A stretch of DNA of 64,000 nt from IMG/VR virus record IMGVR_UViG_2519899535_000001, positions 3,526-67,525 of that record; one strand, written 5' to 3'. Position numbers and translations under genes: made by a program. The number at the start of each line of letters is the position of its first letter. Position 1 is the stretch's first letter. The notes below the pieces were generated by a model. That model searched no databases. It saw only the letters and a program-made list of their open reading frames with translations, and was not told where the DNA came from. Shown here piece by piece: positions 1 through 8,546 of the stretch. Origin of the DNA: a virus. Taxonomy: Duplodnaviria > Caudoviricetes.

Positions 1-511
1 GCTGCACGGCTTCGGCTGGGGCGCTGTCTGCCTGGGGCGTGGGGGAGGGCTGGGGTGCTGCAGCTTGCGCTAAGGCCCAATCGCGCAGCGTGCGCAGATC
101 GTCGGTCACCTCACCTTCTTCGTCGCTGAAATGGGCTGTGTCGCGCAGGCTTGAGATAACGCACATCAATGCATGAATGCCCGGCGGCTCCTGGCCCGCG
201 CCTGCCGCAGCCGATGGGGCGGGCTGCTTGCAAAGTGCGCGTTGGTCGGAACTACCGCAAGTGCCAGTGAATGGGTCATCTGAACCGCAGATCACGCATG
301 GCCCCGCAGCCGATGGGGCGGGCTGCTGTGCCTCTACCAGGGCGGCAAGGCGATTCCAGCCGTTGGTGAATGCCGCTTCATAGATGCGCGATTCAGTCTG
401 CGTCAGGTACACGACGCGGCTGTAGGCATCCAGGCTGGCATTGCGCTCGCCTACCATGATCGCGCGCTGATGCTCGTAGCTAGGCGCTTCTGGCGCTTGT
501 TGGTTTGTCAT
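1..511 (-). CDS. Early-operon hypothetical protein, partial (runs off window), MTNQQAPEAPSYEHQRA...
   Basis: Read by hand: ATG at 511, open to position 1; not in ORF track because there is no stop inside the window. Confidence 0.7.
   Translation of the reverse strand, partial: MTNQQAPEAPSYEHQRAIMVGERNASLDAYSRVVYLTQTESRIYEAAFTNGWNRLAALVEAQQPAPSAAGPCVICGSDDPFTGTCGSSDQRALCKQPAPSAAAGAGQEPPGIHALMCVISSLRDTAHFSDEEGEVTDDLRTLRDWALAQAAAPQPSPTPQADSAPAEAVQ
205..327. repeat. 24-bp direct repeat CCGCAGCCGATGGGGCGGGCTGCT (205-228, 304-327)
   Basis: Exact duplication; encodes part of the QPAPSAA linker twice. Confidence 0.9.
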
Positions 512-521
512 GATGGGTCTT

Positions 522-767
522 TCAAAACGGGATTTCATCGATTTCACCGCTTGCAACCTGCTTGCGGTATCGGTAGTCGCTGAGGCGATAGCGCAGCGGT
601 CGCAGTAGTGGGTCGTCGCGGTATCCGGCCAGCGAATCCATTTGCGCTTTGGCCTGCCAGTACGCCAGCAGCAAAGGCGTCTCGCGCCGGTCGTAGTAGC
701 CCTGCCATGCGTCCTGCCCGCGAGCCATCTTCCAAAGGCGCTTTGTCCATCGGATTGGCTTGCCCAT
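522..767 (-). CDS. Small hypothetical protein ending DEIPF; paralog of 10769-10978
   Basis: ORF track; shares RWT..L, DDPL and IPF motifs with the paralog. Confidence 0.75.
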   Translation of the reverse strand: MGKPIRWTKRLWKMARGQDAWQGYYDRRETPLLLAYWQAKAQMDSLAGYRDDPLLRPLRYRLSDYRYRKQVASGEIDEIPF

Positions 768-768
768 A

Positions 769-1029
769 TCACTCCCCCTTTCTGCTATCCGCAGATGAGG
801 TGGGCGGGGCGGCGGCGAGCGCTACGTCAATCGCCCTACCAACTTTGTAGAGGCAGGAATCGCACAGGTCGAGTTTGCGAGTGGCGTCGGCGCAGGCATG
901 GCCGTGCATGTCCAGCGCGTGGGCGTTCAGCGTCAGCTTGCCCTCTTGGCGAGAGTTCTGCGCATCAATCGTGACGCCGCAGCCATCGCAGGTTTTGATG
1001 ATCTGCGCGGGAATGGTCTTGGTGCTCAT
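769..1029 (-). CDS. Zn-finger-like hypothetical protein (CDGC...CDSC)
   Basis: Start MSTKT with GGAG RBS; two CxxC motifs. Confidence 0.7.
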   Translation of the reverse strand: MSTKTIPAQIIKTCDGCGVTIDAQNSRQEGKLTLNAHALDMHGHACADATRKLDLCDSCLYKVGRAIDVALAAAPPTSSADSRKGE

Positions 1030-1631
1030 GGTTTCTCCAGCGGGCCAAGAGGCCACGGGTCAACGATTTCTGTGATTTCGGTCATGGCGTCGTGGGCAGT
1101 GGGCCCATCTGGGGGCAGGTATCGCTGCACCACTGACAGCACCTTGCGCAGTGCTTGCTCGGCCACCATTCCCTCTGGGGGAGAGGGGTGGAGGTACAGC
1201 GGACCGACTAGAAGCCATGTGGCACACGCATCTACCACCATGTCAGGCATCACAACCCGCGTGCGGCCTGTTTCGCTGTGCTGCCAAAGATGCGCCACTG
1301 GCTCACTCCCCGCACTTGCCACGCCATCCCGCAGCCCCTGCGCATCAACACCAGCCCATGCCTTCGCCCCGCGCTCTGTCAGTGCTGACAGGTCGGGCAT
1401 TTCTTGCGGCTTGCCCATCAGCGGCCCACTCACTCCACCTGCGCCGATGGATTCGGCCCAGCACTCCAGCGCAGCAGCTGCGCCCATGTGTTCGTCGTAG
1501 GCGGCCTTGGCTTCGGGCTCTCCGGTCCAGTCGTTGGGCGTTGTGCGCAATGTGTGGCCCTGCTGCAGCTCTTGCGCTGCTTCGCGCAACAGGCGTGCAG
1601 CGTGCGCGATAGGGTCTGTTTTATCGGTCAT
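1026..1631 (-). CDS. Phage hypothetical protein (201 aa)
   Basis: ORF coupled to the downstream gene by a 4-nt overlap. Confidence 0.7.
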   Translation of the reverse strand: MTDKTDPIAHAARLLREAAQELQQGHTLRTTPNDWTGEPEAKAAYDEHMGAAAALECWAESIGAGGVSGPLMGKPQEMPDLSALTERGAKAWAGVDAQGLRDGVASAGSEPVAHLWQHSETGRTRVVMPDMVVDACATWLLVGPLYLHPSPPEGMVAEQALRKVLSVVQRYLPPDGPTAHDAMTEITEIVDPWPLGPLEKP

Positions 1632-1656
1632 GGTTTTCCAATCAAATCAGGTCGCG

Positions 1657-1697
1657 GCGCTTTATAAATAAGCGCGAGTAGCTATCAATGCGATAGC
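1657..1697. repeat. Intergenic palindromic element GCGCT-N9-AGCGC-N5-GCTATCAA
   Basis: Same spaced motif at host position 61868-61899. Confidence 0.55.
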
Positions 1698-1706
1698 GCT
1701 GCGGGT

Positions 1707-1734
1707 AAAAAAGAGCCCGCGTGGTGCGGGCTCT
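1707..1734 (-). terminator. Intrinsic terminator
   Basis: AGAGCCCGC-N5-GCGGGCTCT hairpin followed by T6 on minus strand. Confidence 0.8.
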
Positions 1735-1767
1735 GTGTGGTGGGGTTGCGGCTGGCCTTTGTGTCCG

Positions 1768-2400
1768 TCAGTACCCGCGCCAGTCTGGTTTTTCGGGGAT
1801 GAGCCCGTAGCGGATCGCGGCAGCTAGATCGCTGCTGGGGCGCTCGCGGTTCACCCCAGGCCCGCACTCGTATTCAGCGGCCAGAATTTCCAGCGCCAGA
1901 CTCGCGGTGCGCTCGGTGCTTTCCATTCCAGCGATGTCTGCACGAGCGGATGCAATGCGCGCCTCAATCACATCCAGGTACACATTGCGCTCGGTCTTGG
2001 CCCTCACGCGGTTGCGTTGGGATTCCAGGCGGTTGATAGATCGGCGCAGCATGGTGGCCTTGACGGCAGCGCCAGTCCGGCCTGTTTGCAGCGCCTCGCG
2101 TACACCTTCCACGGGGTCATCCTTGTTGACGTCCACGGCTTCGGCGAACAGTTGGAGGATCAGCGCGCGGGCCGCTTCTTCCTCGGTGCTGGCCTGGCCA
2201 TCTTCACCAGCGTCGTACCGCGCCCGCCGGGCTGGGTCAGTGAGCACGTCCTTGGCCTCGTTCAGTGCCTGCATGCGCTCATGGTTGCCGCCACGGTCAG
2301 GGTGAGCATGGCGCGCCGCGCGCCGGTAGGCCCGCTTGATGTCGTCTACGCTGGCATCAGGGGCCACGCCAAGCGTGGCGTAGTGGTCTGGGCGGCTCAT
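1768..2400 (-). CDS. J-domain (DnaJ-like) co-chaperone protein
   Basis: DHYATLGV...IKRAYRRAARHAHPDRGG...LNEAKDVLTDPARRARYD; intact HPD motif. Confidence 0.9.
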   Translation of the reverse strand: MSRPDHYATLGVAPDASVDDIKRAYRRAARHAHPDRGGNHERMQALNEAKDVLTDPARRARYDAGEDGQASTEEEAARALILQLFAEAVDVNKDDPVEGVREALQTGRTGAAVKATMLRRSINRLESQRNRVRAKTERNVYLDVIEARIASARADIAGMESTERTASLALEILAAEYECGPGVNRERPSSDLAAAIRYGLIPEKPDWRGY

Positions 2401-2996
2401 GCCTGCAGCAGGCGCGCGGCCAGTCGGTCAAACGCCGGGGATGGTGTCTCGCCCAGCTTCTTCATGATCGTGGACAGCTCGCGCACGAGGATGGCCTGTG
2501 GGTCTTTGGGTTCGTGCCAGAGCGCGGGCTCCTGCACGTTCAGGGTGGTCATCACCAGCTTCATGTCCGTCTCGTTGACGGTCGCGCCTACATGCTTAGA
2601 TGCGTCCTGCGCCAGCGCTTCCAGGCTGGCAAAGGTGACGATCTTTTGACCCTTGAGCCATTCGCAGGCGCGGTAGAAGGCCACGGGGTCGAGAGCGGGG
2701 ACGGTGGGGGCGGTGGCTTTGAGCATGGCGAGGTAGTCTTTCTTGGGGGCGGTGGTTGCGGGATGGGTGGTCTCGTTGGGCGCGGAGTTTTCACGGGCGA
2801 AACGCTTCATGGCGCCCAGCTCGTTCAAGTCGCCGCGCGCGTCGCTGCGGCTGCCCATGCTGATACTGAAAACGCGCTCGGCGCCGTTCTCTGCCAGGCA
2901 CAGCAGCGTGGCCCGGTTGGCTTTGCGCTCGTAGCGCAAGGGTGAAAGGCCGGCTTGCTCGGCCATGGTGTGGATGTCTCTCTGTCGTCGTTCCAT
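2397..2996 (-). CDS. Two-domain hypothetical protein
   Basis: ORF overlaps J-domain start; GGAG RBS before MERRQ. Confidence 0.7.
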   Translation of the reverse strand: MERRQRDIHTMAEQAGLSPLRYERKANRATLLCLAENGAERVFSISMGSRSDARGDLNELGAMKRFARENSAPNETTHPATTAPKKDYLAMLKATAPTVPALDPVAFYRACEWLKGQKIVTFASLEALAQDASKHVGATVNETDMKLVMTTLNVQEPALWHEPKDPQAILVRELSTIMKKLGETPSPAFDRLAARLLQA

Positions 2997-3082
2997 GGGT
3001 TCTCCAGGCAATCAGGACAGAGCGCGGCGCGCCCTGTGCTCATGGCCCGGCCAGCCCGCTTGATGCGGGCGGGCGTTGGGGG

Positions 3083-3889
3083 TTAGTTGCTGGGGGTGCC
3101 GTTGAGGATCTGCAGCTTGGTTTCGTCAGCGATCTGCTTGCGCAGCTCTGCCACGGCGGCCTCGATGGTCTTGTGCGGGCGGATCAGCTCAATCCACATC
3201 GTCAGGCGGCCACCGTCCTGAATGCGGTAGCGCAGGCGCACGTTGATCTGCCACTTGGCGCCGTTCTCGAACACAGGGATGCCGATGATGAATTCCTCGG
3301 GCACCTTGAGCTGGCCCTTCTGCGCGGTGCCCTGCACGTCTTCCTCGTAGGTGAACTGGTGCGAGCCGTCCGACAAGCGGATGGCGCTGGCGAAGTTCAC
3401 CTTCTTCTTGGCTTCCAGGGTGCGGCAGATTTCCAGCAGGGTTGCGCCGTCTGGGCTCACCACGTCCACCAGGTTGTTTTCGATGAACTGGGCCAGTTCC
3501 ACCTGGGACTTGTGAATGCCGTCCATGCCGTTCCAGGCCTTCCACTCGGGGGACAGCGGCGCGTTGTACTGAGCACGGTGATCGCCCCAGCCGGGTTCGG
3601 TGCCGATGTGGTTGAACACGGCGGTGAAGGTGGGCGGGTCGATGGTGCTGAACAGGCGAGTGCTGCCTTCGGTCTTCTGGTCGTTTACCACTGCGATGAA
3701 GCTCTCGGCGTCTTTCAGGGTGGTAACACCCTTCTTGCGTGCGGGAGCTGCCAGGGTGTGCTCCAGCGTTTTCAACTCGTAGCCTTCGGGCAGGATCACG
3801 GCAGGGATGCCTGCGCCAAAGGCGTAGCCCTGCTGATGACATGCGGCCAGCTCGTCGCGGGCCTGGGTTTCGGTTTTTTCTTGTCCCAT
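3083..3889 (-). CDS. yfdQ: DUF2303/YfdQ-family phage protein
   Basis: SFIAVVN...TAVFNH...GWGDHRAQY...SPEWKAW...FIENN pattern; next to YfdP-like gene. Confidence 0.8.
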   Translation of the reverse strand: MGQEKTETQARDELAACHQQGYAFGAGIPAVILPEGYELKTLEHTLAAPARKKGVTTLKDAESFIAVVNDQKTEGSTRLFSTIDPPTFTAVFNHIGTEPGWGDHRAQYNAPLSPEWKAWNGMDGIHKSQVELAQFIENNLVDVVSPDGATLLEICRTLEAKKKVNFASAIRLSDGSHQFTYEEDVQGTAQKGQLKVPEEFIIGIPVFENGAKWQINVRLRYRIQDGGRLTMWIELIRPHKTIEAAVAELRKQIADETKLQILNGTPSN

Positions 3890-3928
3890 GGGTTTTCTCC
3901 TGGTTGGAACGGGTTGAGGGAAGGGGGA

Positions 3929-4345
3929 TCAGTGGACGGCGCGCAGGGGTTGCGCGGCATCGGCGGCGGGCGCCGTGCGCAGCTCGGTTTGAGCGGCGGC
4001 TTCCTGGTCGGCGGTGCGCAGGCCGTCCAGCGTGGTTTGCCGGGGGTTCTCGCGCTGCAGGTTGTTGTCCGGCGTGGCGAACATGAGGGTCTTGCCGCGT
4101 GTGGGCTGCGGAACCTTGGCCTTCACGTCGGCCTCCAGCTCCACCTGGCCGGTGGTGCCGATGGGTTTGATCTTGATCTTGAGCGTCAGCTCGCCCGCTT
4201 TGCCGGTCTGCGTGCTGGCGTGCACGATGTCCTGCAGTGCGTCGGTGGCTTCCTGCTCCACGTTGCCGAAATCCACCTGCTTCAAGAAGTCGGTGAATGG
4301 CTTGCGCTTGGCCTGCAGCGTTGGGGATTTGAGTGTGGTACTCAT
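3929..4345 (-). CDS. YfdP-like partner protein
   Basis: PFTDFL...TGKAGELTLKIKIKP...TLMFATPDNNLQRENPRQ; usual neighbour of DUF2303. Confidence 0.7.
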   Translation of the reverse strand: MSTTLKSPTLQAKRKPFTDFLKQVDFGNVEQEATDALQDIVHASTQTGKAGELTLKIKIKPIGTTGQVELEADVKAKVPQPTRGKTLMFATPDNNLQRENPRQTTLDGLRTADQEAAAQTELRTAPAADAAQPLRAVH

Positions 4346-4408
4346 GGGGTTGCTCCAAAAGAATGGCCCGCACGTGGCGGGCCGGTTGCGGGATCTGCGG
4401 GCGGCGGG

Positions 4409-4714
4409 CTACAGGGCCCCGCCTTCGGTGTCGTCGGGCGGCAGGTGCTGGACCTGGGGAGTCGCTTCAAACTTCTGGCACTCCAGGCCCCGGATGTGGC
4501 GGGCGAAGAAGATGCCTTTCGATTCGGCGGCCATGAGGGCTTGATGCAGCTCCTTGGTCACGCCGCTGTAGTGGTACACGGCAGCGCCATTGGTGAACTG
4601 CACCACCAGCACCTCTCGGTCTGGGTCGTGCCCAATGGCCTTGATCTGGTTGCTCTCGACCGCCACCAGGGGGATGGGCGGCGTTTGCTTCTCGGCGTTC
4701 GGCATCGCGCTCAC
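4409..4714 (-). CDS. KTSC-domain protein
   Basis: VESNQIKAIGHD...LVVQF...YHYSGV...LMAAESKGIFFARHIRG. Confidence 0.85.
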   Translation of the reverse strand: MSAMPNAEKQTPPIPLVAVESNQIKAIGHDPDREVLVVQFTNGAAVYHYSGVTKELHQALMAAESKGIFFARHIRGLECQKFEATPQVQHLPPDDTEGGAL

Positions 4715-5190
4715 TTGCCTGCCAGGGAGGCGAAGGTGTGCAGCGCAGCCAGCACCGTGTTCTCCACGTAACGGATGCCGGAGAGAGTGGCGGCAGCCTT
4801 GGGGAAGGCGTTCACCGGCTGTTCGCCCAGCTTGCGCACATTGATGATGAAGGCGGCGGCCAGCAGGCGGGTATGGCCTTCCAGGCTGTCAGGATCGAAG
4901 TCGGGCTTGGTCATGCCCACCAGCTCGGCAACCTCGGGTGGGATTTCGACAGCGGCGCTCACATGGACCTGCTCAGCCGTGTCTGTCGCACCATCGCCGC
5001 CCTGCTGCTTGTCAGCGTTGGATGGGTTGCAGGCATCGCAGGTGGGGTCATCGCACTTGGCCGAGAGCAGTTCCTTGAGGCCTGGGGGAACTTGGCCATC
5101 GAGTCCGGCGCCGCTCTTGGCGGCCATATCGGCAAGAAGCAGGGCAGCGAGCAGGCCGCTAAAGGGAAGGCGGATAGGGGTTTGGGACAT
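4711..5190 (-). CDS. Hypothetical protein
   Basis: AAGGAG RBS before MSQTP; GC-rich third positions. Confidence 0.7.
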   Translation of the reverse strand: MSQTPIRLPFSGLLAALLLADMAAKSGAGLDGQVPPGLKELLSAKCDDPTCDACNPSNADKQQGGDGATDTAEQVHVSAAVEIPPEVAELVGMTKPDFDPDSLEGHTRLLAAAFIINVRKLGEQPVNAFPKAAATLSGIRYVENTVLAALHTFASLAGK

Positions 5191-5212
5191 AGGTTTTCTC
5201 CTTGAGGTGAAC

Positions 5213-5237
5213 AAAAAAATGCCCGCTGTGTGCGGGC
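5213..5237 (-). terminator. Intrinsic terminator
   Basis: GCCCGC-N5-GCGGGC + A/T7 tract. Confidence 0.75.
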
Positions 5238-5258
5238 TGTGGGGTGGGTTGGTGGCGC

Positions 5259-5543
5259 TCAGTGCTTCTTGGCCTGGCTCGCCCGCTGATCGTCATAGCC
5301 AGTAAACAGCGGTTCCAACTGCTGGCGCAGGTTCACGCGCTCGTCCAGGACTGCTCCAGTACATGCCATTGCTGAGCCAGCGGCGTACAGCACGCCGTAG
5401 AGGGCGGTGAATGCGTCATGCGCCTGGGTGCATTCGTTCATCAGGTCGATCACCTTGTCCGCAAGGGCGTCTGCGCCGCCTGCTTTGATGTCCTTGGTGA
5501 CGCGTTGCATGTCGGGCGTAGTGGCGTCGGTCGTTTCGCTCAT
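5259..5543 (-). CDS. Hypothetical protein
   Basis: AAGGAG RBS before MSETT. Confidence 0.65.
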   Translation of the reverse strand: MSETTDATTPDMQRVTKDIKAGGADALADKVIDLMNECTQAHDAFTALYGVLYAAGSAMACTGAVLDERVNLRQQLEPLFTGYDDQRASQAKKH

Positions 5544-5562
5544 GGATGCTCCTTGGGGAATG

Positions 5563-5587
5563 AAAAAGCCCGCATGTGGCGGGCTTT
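5563..5587 (-). terminator. Intrinsic terminator
   Basis: AAAGCCCGC-N5-GCGGGCTTT + T5. Confidence 0.75.
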
Positions 5588-5636
5588 GTTGTGGTGTTTG
5601 GGGTGGCCGTTTCTCGGATTTGGCGCTCATGCTTTC

Positions 5637-5749
5637 GACCGATCACGCCTTGGCCTGTTCGCCAGCGCTGAGCTTCGCGGGACGCTGGCGGCAGACATCC
5701 GAGACTTGTTCCCCAGTGGCCTGGCTGGAGTGAAAGGTCTTGATCGGTC
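5637..5749 (-). ncRNA. Candidate structured RNA (closing stem + internal hairpins)
   Basis: GACCGATCA..CCTT / AAGG..TGATCGGTC closing stem enclosing a CGCCAGCG/CGCTGGCG stem; intergenic. Confidence 0.35.
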
Positions 5750-5758
5750 CCGTGATAG

Positions 5759-6874
5759 TTAGGCGGCAGCCTTGGCCTGCACGGCCTCGATGTGGCGCAC
5801 CATAGCGGCCAGGATCAGAGGGAAATCGGCCTCGCGGTACACGCCGTGGGCTCCCACCTTGCCAGCGGGTTCAAAGCCCAGAATGCGCAAGCCCTCGGCG
5901 CTGGTGGTGATGGCGCCGCCCAAGCGCTCGTTGATCGTGCCCAGCTTGAGGACAGGAGTTGCAGCTTGCGCGACAGGTGCGGGGGCGGGGGCGTTGCGCG
6001 CAGCGGCCCAGCTGCTCACGCGCTGGCGGGCTGGTTCGAGCGCGTCCACAGGCTCGGCAGCAGGCTGCACCAACTGATCGGCTGTGGGCCCATCCCATGG
6101 CTCCACCTCGAAGACCGTGGAATTTGCGGCTTGCGCCGGAGCTTCTTCGGTTGGCTCCACCGCGGCGGGGGCGGGCGCGGGTGCCTGTGCGGCCAGCGCT
6201 GCGCGGGCGGCTTCCAGTTCTTTCTGCAGGCGCTCGTTTTCAATGCGGCGCTTCTCGCTCTCCACCATGGCCAGCAGGCGCTGCACGGTGGCCAAGCACG
6301 CGGCCTCGGCTTCCTGGGCGAATTCTTCCCATTCCTCGCCAAAGGTCATTTCGCCCAGCGTGGCAATGGCCTTTTCAATCACATCCACCGGCTGGCCCTC
6401 GGCCTGCTCCACGTAGGCCTTGAGCTGTTCGATGTTGGCGCGGTGGGCGCCAACACGCTCGGCCTCCTTGCGGTCGCGCTCGGCCTTCTCATCGGCCTTG
6501 CGCTTTTCCTCGGCCTTGATCTGGGCATCAATGGCGTCTTCGACCGGCTTCACGATGGCAACAAGGCGCTCCACTTCATCGCCCATCACCTTCTTGAGTT
6601 CGTTCACGTCCGCTTTCACGGCGGCCTCGGTGCGGGTGAGCATGCGCCGGCCATCGTCGCGCAACTCGGCGCGGGCAGCCTTGGCCTCGTTCATTCCCTT
6701 GGTGGTGGTCACGTCGTAGACCACATTGCGGTACTTTTCGGCCATGGCCAGCAGCCCGGCCTCGGTTTCCTTGAACTGCGCCAGCACGGTGTCCTTGATG
6801 GACATGGGCTTGGTGGCGACGTTGGCGGCCTGCTGTTGCGCCACTGCGGTGGTGGGGGTTGCGGTTTCAGTCAT
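5759..6874 (-). CDS. Coiled-coil phage protein associated with recombination module
   Basis: 371 aa, E/A/K-rich helical; follows the exonuclease gene. Confidence 0.8.
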   Translation of the reverse strand: MTETATPTTAVAQQQAANVATKPMSIKDTVLAQFKETEAGLLAMAEKYRNVVYDVTTTKGMNEAKAARAELRDDGRRMLTRTEAAVKADVNELKKVMGDEVERLVAIVKPVEDAIDAQIKAEEKRKADEKAERDRKEAERVGAHRANIEQLKAYVEQAEGQPVDVIEKAIATLGEMTFGEEWEEFAQEAEAACLATVQRLLAMVESEKRRIENERLQKELEAARAALAAQAPAPAPAAVEPTEEAPAQAANSTVFEVEPWDGPTADQLVQPAAEPVDALEPARQRVSSWAAARNAPAPAPVAQAATPVLKLGTINERLGGAITTSAEGLRILGFEPAGKVGAHGVYREADFPLILAAMVRHIEAVQAKAAA

Positions 6875-6883
6875 GAAAACTCC

Positions 6884-7618
6884 TCAGAAAAGGGTGGGCA
6901 GCCGTACGCGCGAGGCGGCTGTGCTGGAAATTTGTGGGGTTGGGGTGACAACCTTGGCCTGAACGTCGATCACGTCCATGCTGTGTGTGTCGTCAAACTC
7001 GCGGATCAGCTGCTCGTAGTACGCGCTGGCAGCCTCACAGCGATGGCGGATCAGCGATTCCTTTTGGAAGTCGCGTTCTATGACCCAGGTGGTCAGGCGG
7101 TGGTGCGGCGGGATGTGGTCAACCAGGTGCTGATCCATGGGCTCGTTGCGGATCAGGTCGTGCGGGGTGTTCACCATCACGTAGTTCACCTCCCACTCGT
7201 CCGCGTCCCAAAGCATCATGTAGCCGCGCATCTGCCAGTCGTAGAGCGGGTCGATGGCGTCCACGGTCCAGGCCGGGAAGGTCTTGAGGGACCAGGGCGC
7301 TTTGATGTCGTGCCCACGGCGCCGGGGTGCGTCGAACAGGTCGCACTCGCCGGTGATCCATTCATTGCGGCGGCGCTCGGTGTTCTTCGCCAGATTCAGG
7401 CCGCGCACCTTGTTCAGCAGCGCGATGGCGGTGTTCTCCACCGCAATGCCCTTGTCGGTTTCCTTGCTGGAAACCTCAAACTCCACGCTGTACAGTTCTT
7501 CCTTGACCAGCTGGCGGATGTAGGAGCGTGCCCCTATGGACAGGTCGCCCTCGGCCTTGGTGCGCGGGTCCGTCATCAAGTGCCCCAGGCTGGAGCACCG
7601 GAACAGGATTTCACGCAT
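6884..7618 (-). CDS. YqaJ/lambda-exo-like PD-(D/E)xK exonuclease
   Basis: FRCSSL...KG...E...ITGECDL...DIKAPW...YDWQMRGYM; adjacent to ERF. Confidence 0.8.
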   Translation of the reverse strand: MREILFRCSSLGHLMTDPRTKAEGDLSIGARSYIRQLVKEELYSVEFEVSSKETDKGIAVENTAIALLNKVRGLNLAKNTERRRNEWITGECDLFDAPRRRGHDIKAPWSLKTFPAWTVDAIDPLYDWQMRGYMMLWDADEWEVNYVMVNTPHDLIRNEPMDQHLVDHIPPHHRLTTWVIERDFQKESLIRHRCEAASAYYEQLIREFDDTHSMDVIDVQAKVVTPTPQISSTAASRVRLPTLF

Positions 7619-8450
7619 GGGCGGGCTGGGCTGGTTGCGCTGGTGGATCTGCGGGCAGGCTGTTGCCGTGCTGGGTGATGATGTGCATCAGGGACTGGTA
7701 GCCCGCAAAGTCGTTCGCAACCTTGAACGCATCCTTCGCCTCGCGCATCACCTGAGTGAGCACTGCGCGCGTCTTGGTGGTCTTGACCTTCTCCGTCCAC
7801 TGCTCCAGCATGGATTTTTCGGGCTCCTGGCTGTTCCCGGCGCTGTTGCCGTCGTCGTCGTCCTCGCCAATGGCCACGTTGAAAATGTCCTTGAGCAAGT
7901 AGCGTTTGGCGTAGGTCTTGCCTGAGCCCACGGCGTGCGTCTTTGTCATCACGTCGCCGCCCTTGGCGCCCTTGCCATCAGCCGGTATGTCGCACCGGTA
8001 GGTGCGCGTGTGGCCAGCGATGTGCGACACGTAGCAGAGCACCCGGATATGACCATCTGGGGCCCCATCGGCCTGGTCAAAGCTCAAGGCAAACCCATGG
8101 CTTGTGTAGATTGGCCGGATGTGGCGGTCAAGCTGCGCATAGGAGGCATACAGGCTGCGGGTCTGCGGGTTGACTGCATCAGCAGACACGCGACCCATGC
8201 GGCTTTGGGCTGCCGCCATGGCCGCATTGAATTGCTGCTCTGCATCCCGCGCGGCGATGTGCTCGTGCATTCCTAGCAGTCGCTCCATCTTCTCTATGTT
8301 CACGCTGGGGTCGTGTGCGGCGGCAATGATCGCCTGCGTCAGCGCCGAAGAATCGGATCGGGCTGACTGAGCGGGCCCCTGCTGCATCGGGACTTGATGC
8401 GCTTCAACGGGCGCCAGTGTCAGCACGTCGGCTGTGTCTGTTGCGTTCAT
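7611..8450 (-). CDS. erf: ERF-family single-strand annealing protein
   Basis: FNAAMAAAQ...YASYAQLD..IRPI...HGFALSF...H..GH....Y...GSGKTYAKRYLL. Confidence 0.85.
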   Translation of the reverse strand: MNATDTADVLTLAPVEAHQVPMQQGPAQSARSDSSALTQAIIAAAHDPSVNIEKMERLLGMHEHIAARDAEQQFNAAMAAAQSRMGRVSADAVNPQTRSLYASYAQLDRHIRPIYTSHGFALSFDQADGAPDGHIRVLCYVSHIAGHTRTYRCDIPADGKGAKGGDVMTKTHAVGSGKTYAKRYLLKDIFNVAIGEDDDDGNSAGNSQEPEKSMLEQWTEKVKTTKTRAVLTQVMREAKDAFKVANDFAGYQSLMHIITQHGNSLPADPPAQPAQPAHA

Positions 8451-8546
8451 GTGAACCTCAAATAAACGGTTGATGCACCCAGGCCATGTAGAGGGCCAGG
8501 GCTGCGGATGTGGAAAGGAGCCAGGCGGCGAAGGCGAGGGCGGCTC

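Noticed and set aside
2942-4771. 609-aa + strand ORF
   Set aside because: Antisense shadow of well-supported minus-strand genes (DUF2303, YfdP-like, KTSC); typical GC-rich artefact
5640-5750. Hammerhead ribozyme
   Set aside because: No CUGAUGA core on either strand
5792-7678. 628-aa + strand ORF
   Set aside because: Antisense to the exonuclease and coiled-coil genes; no motif
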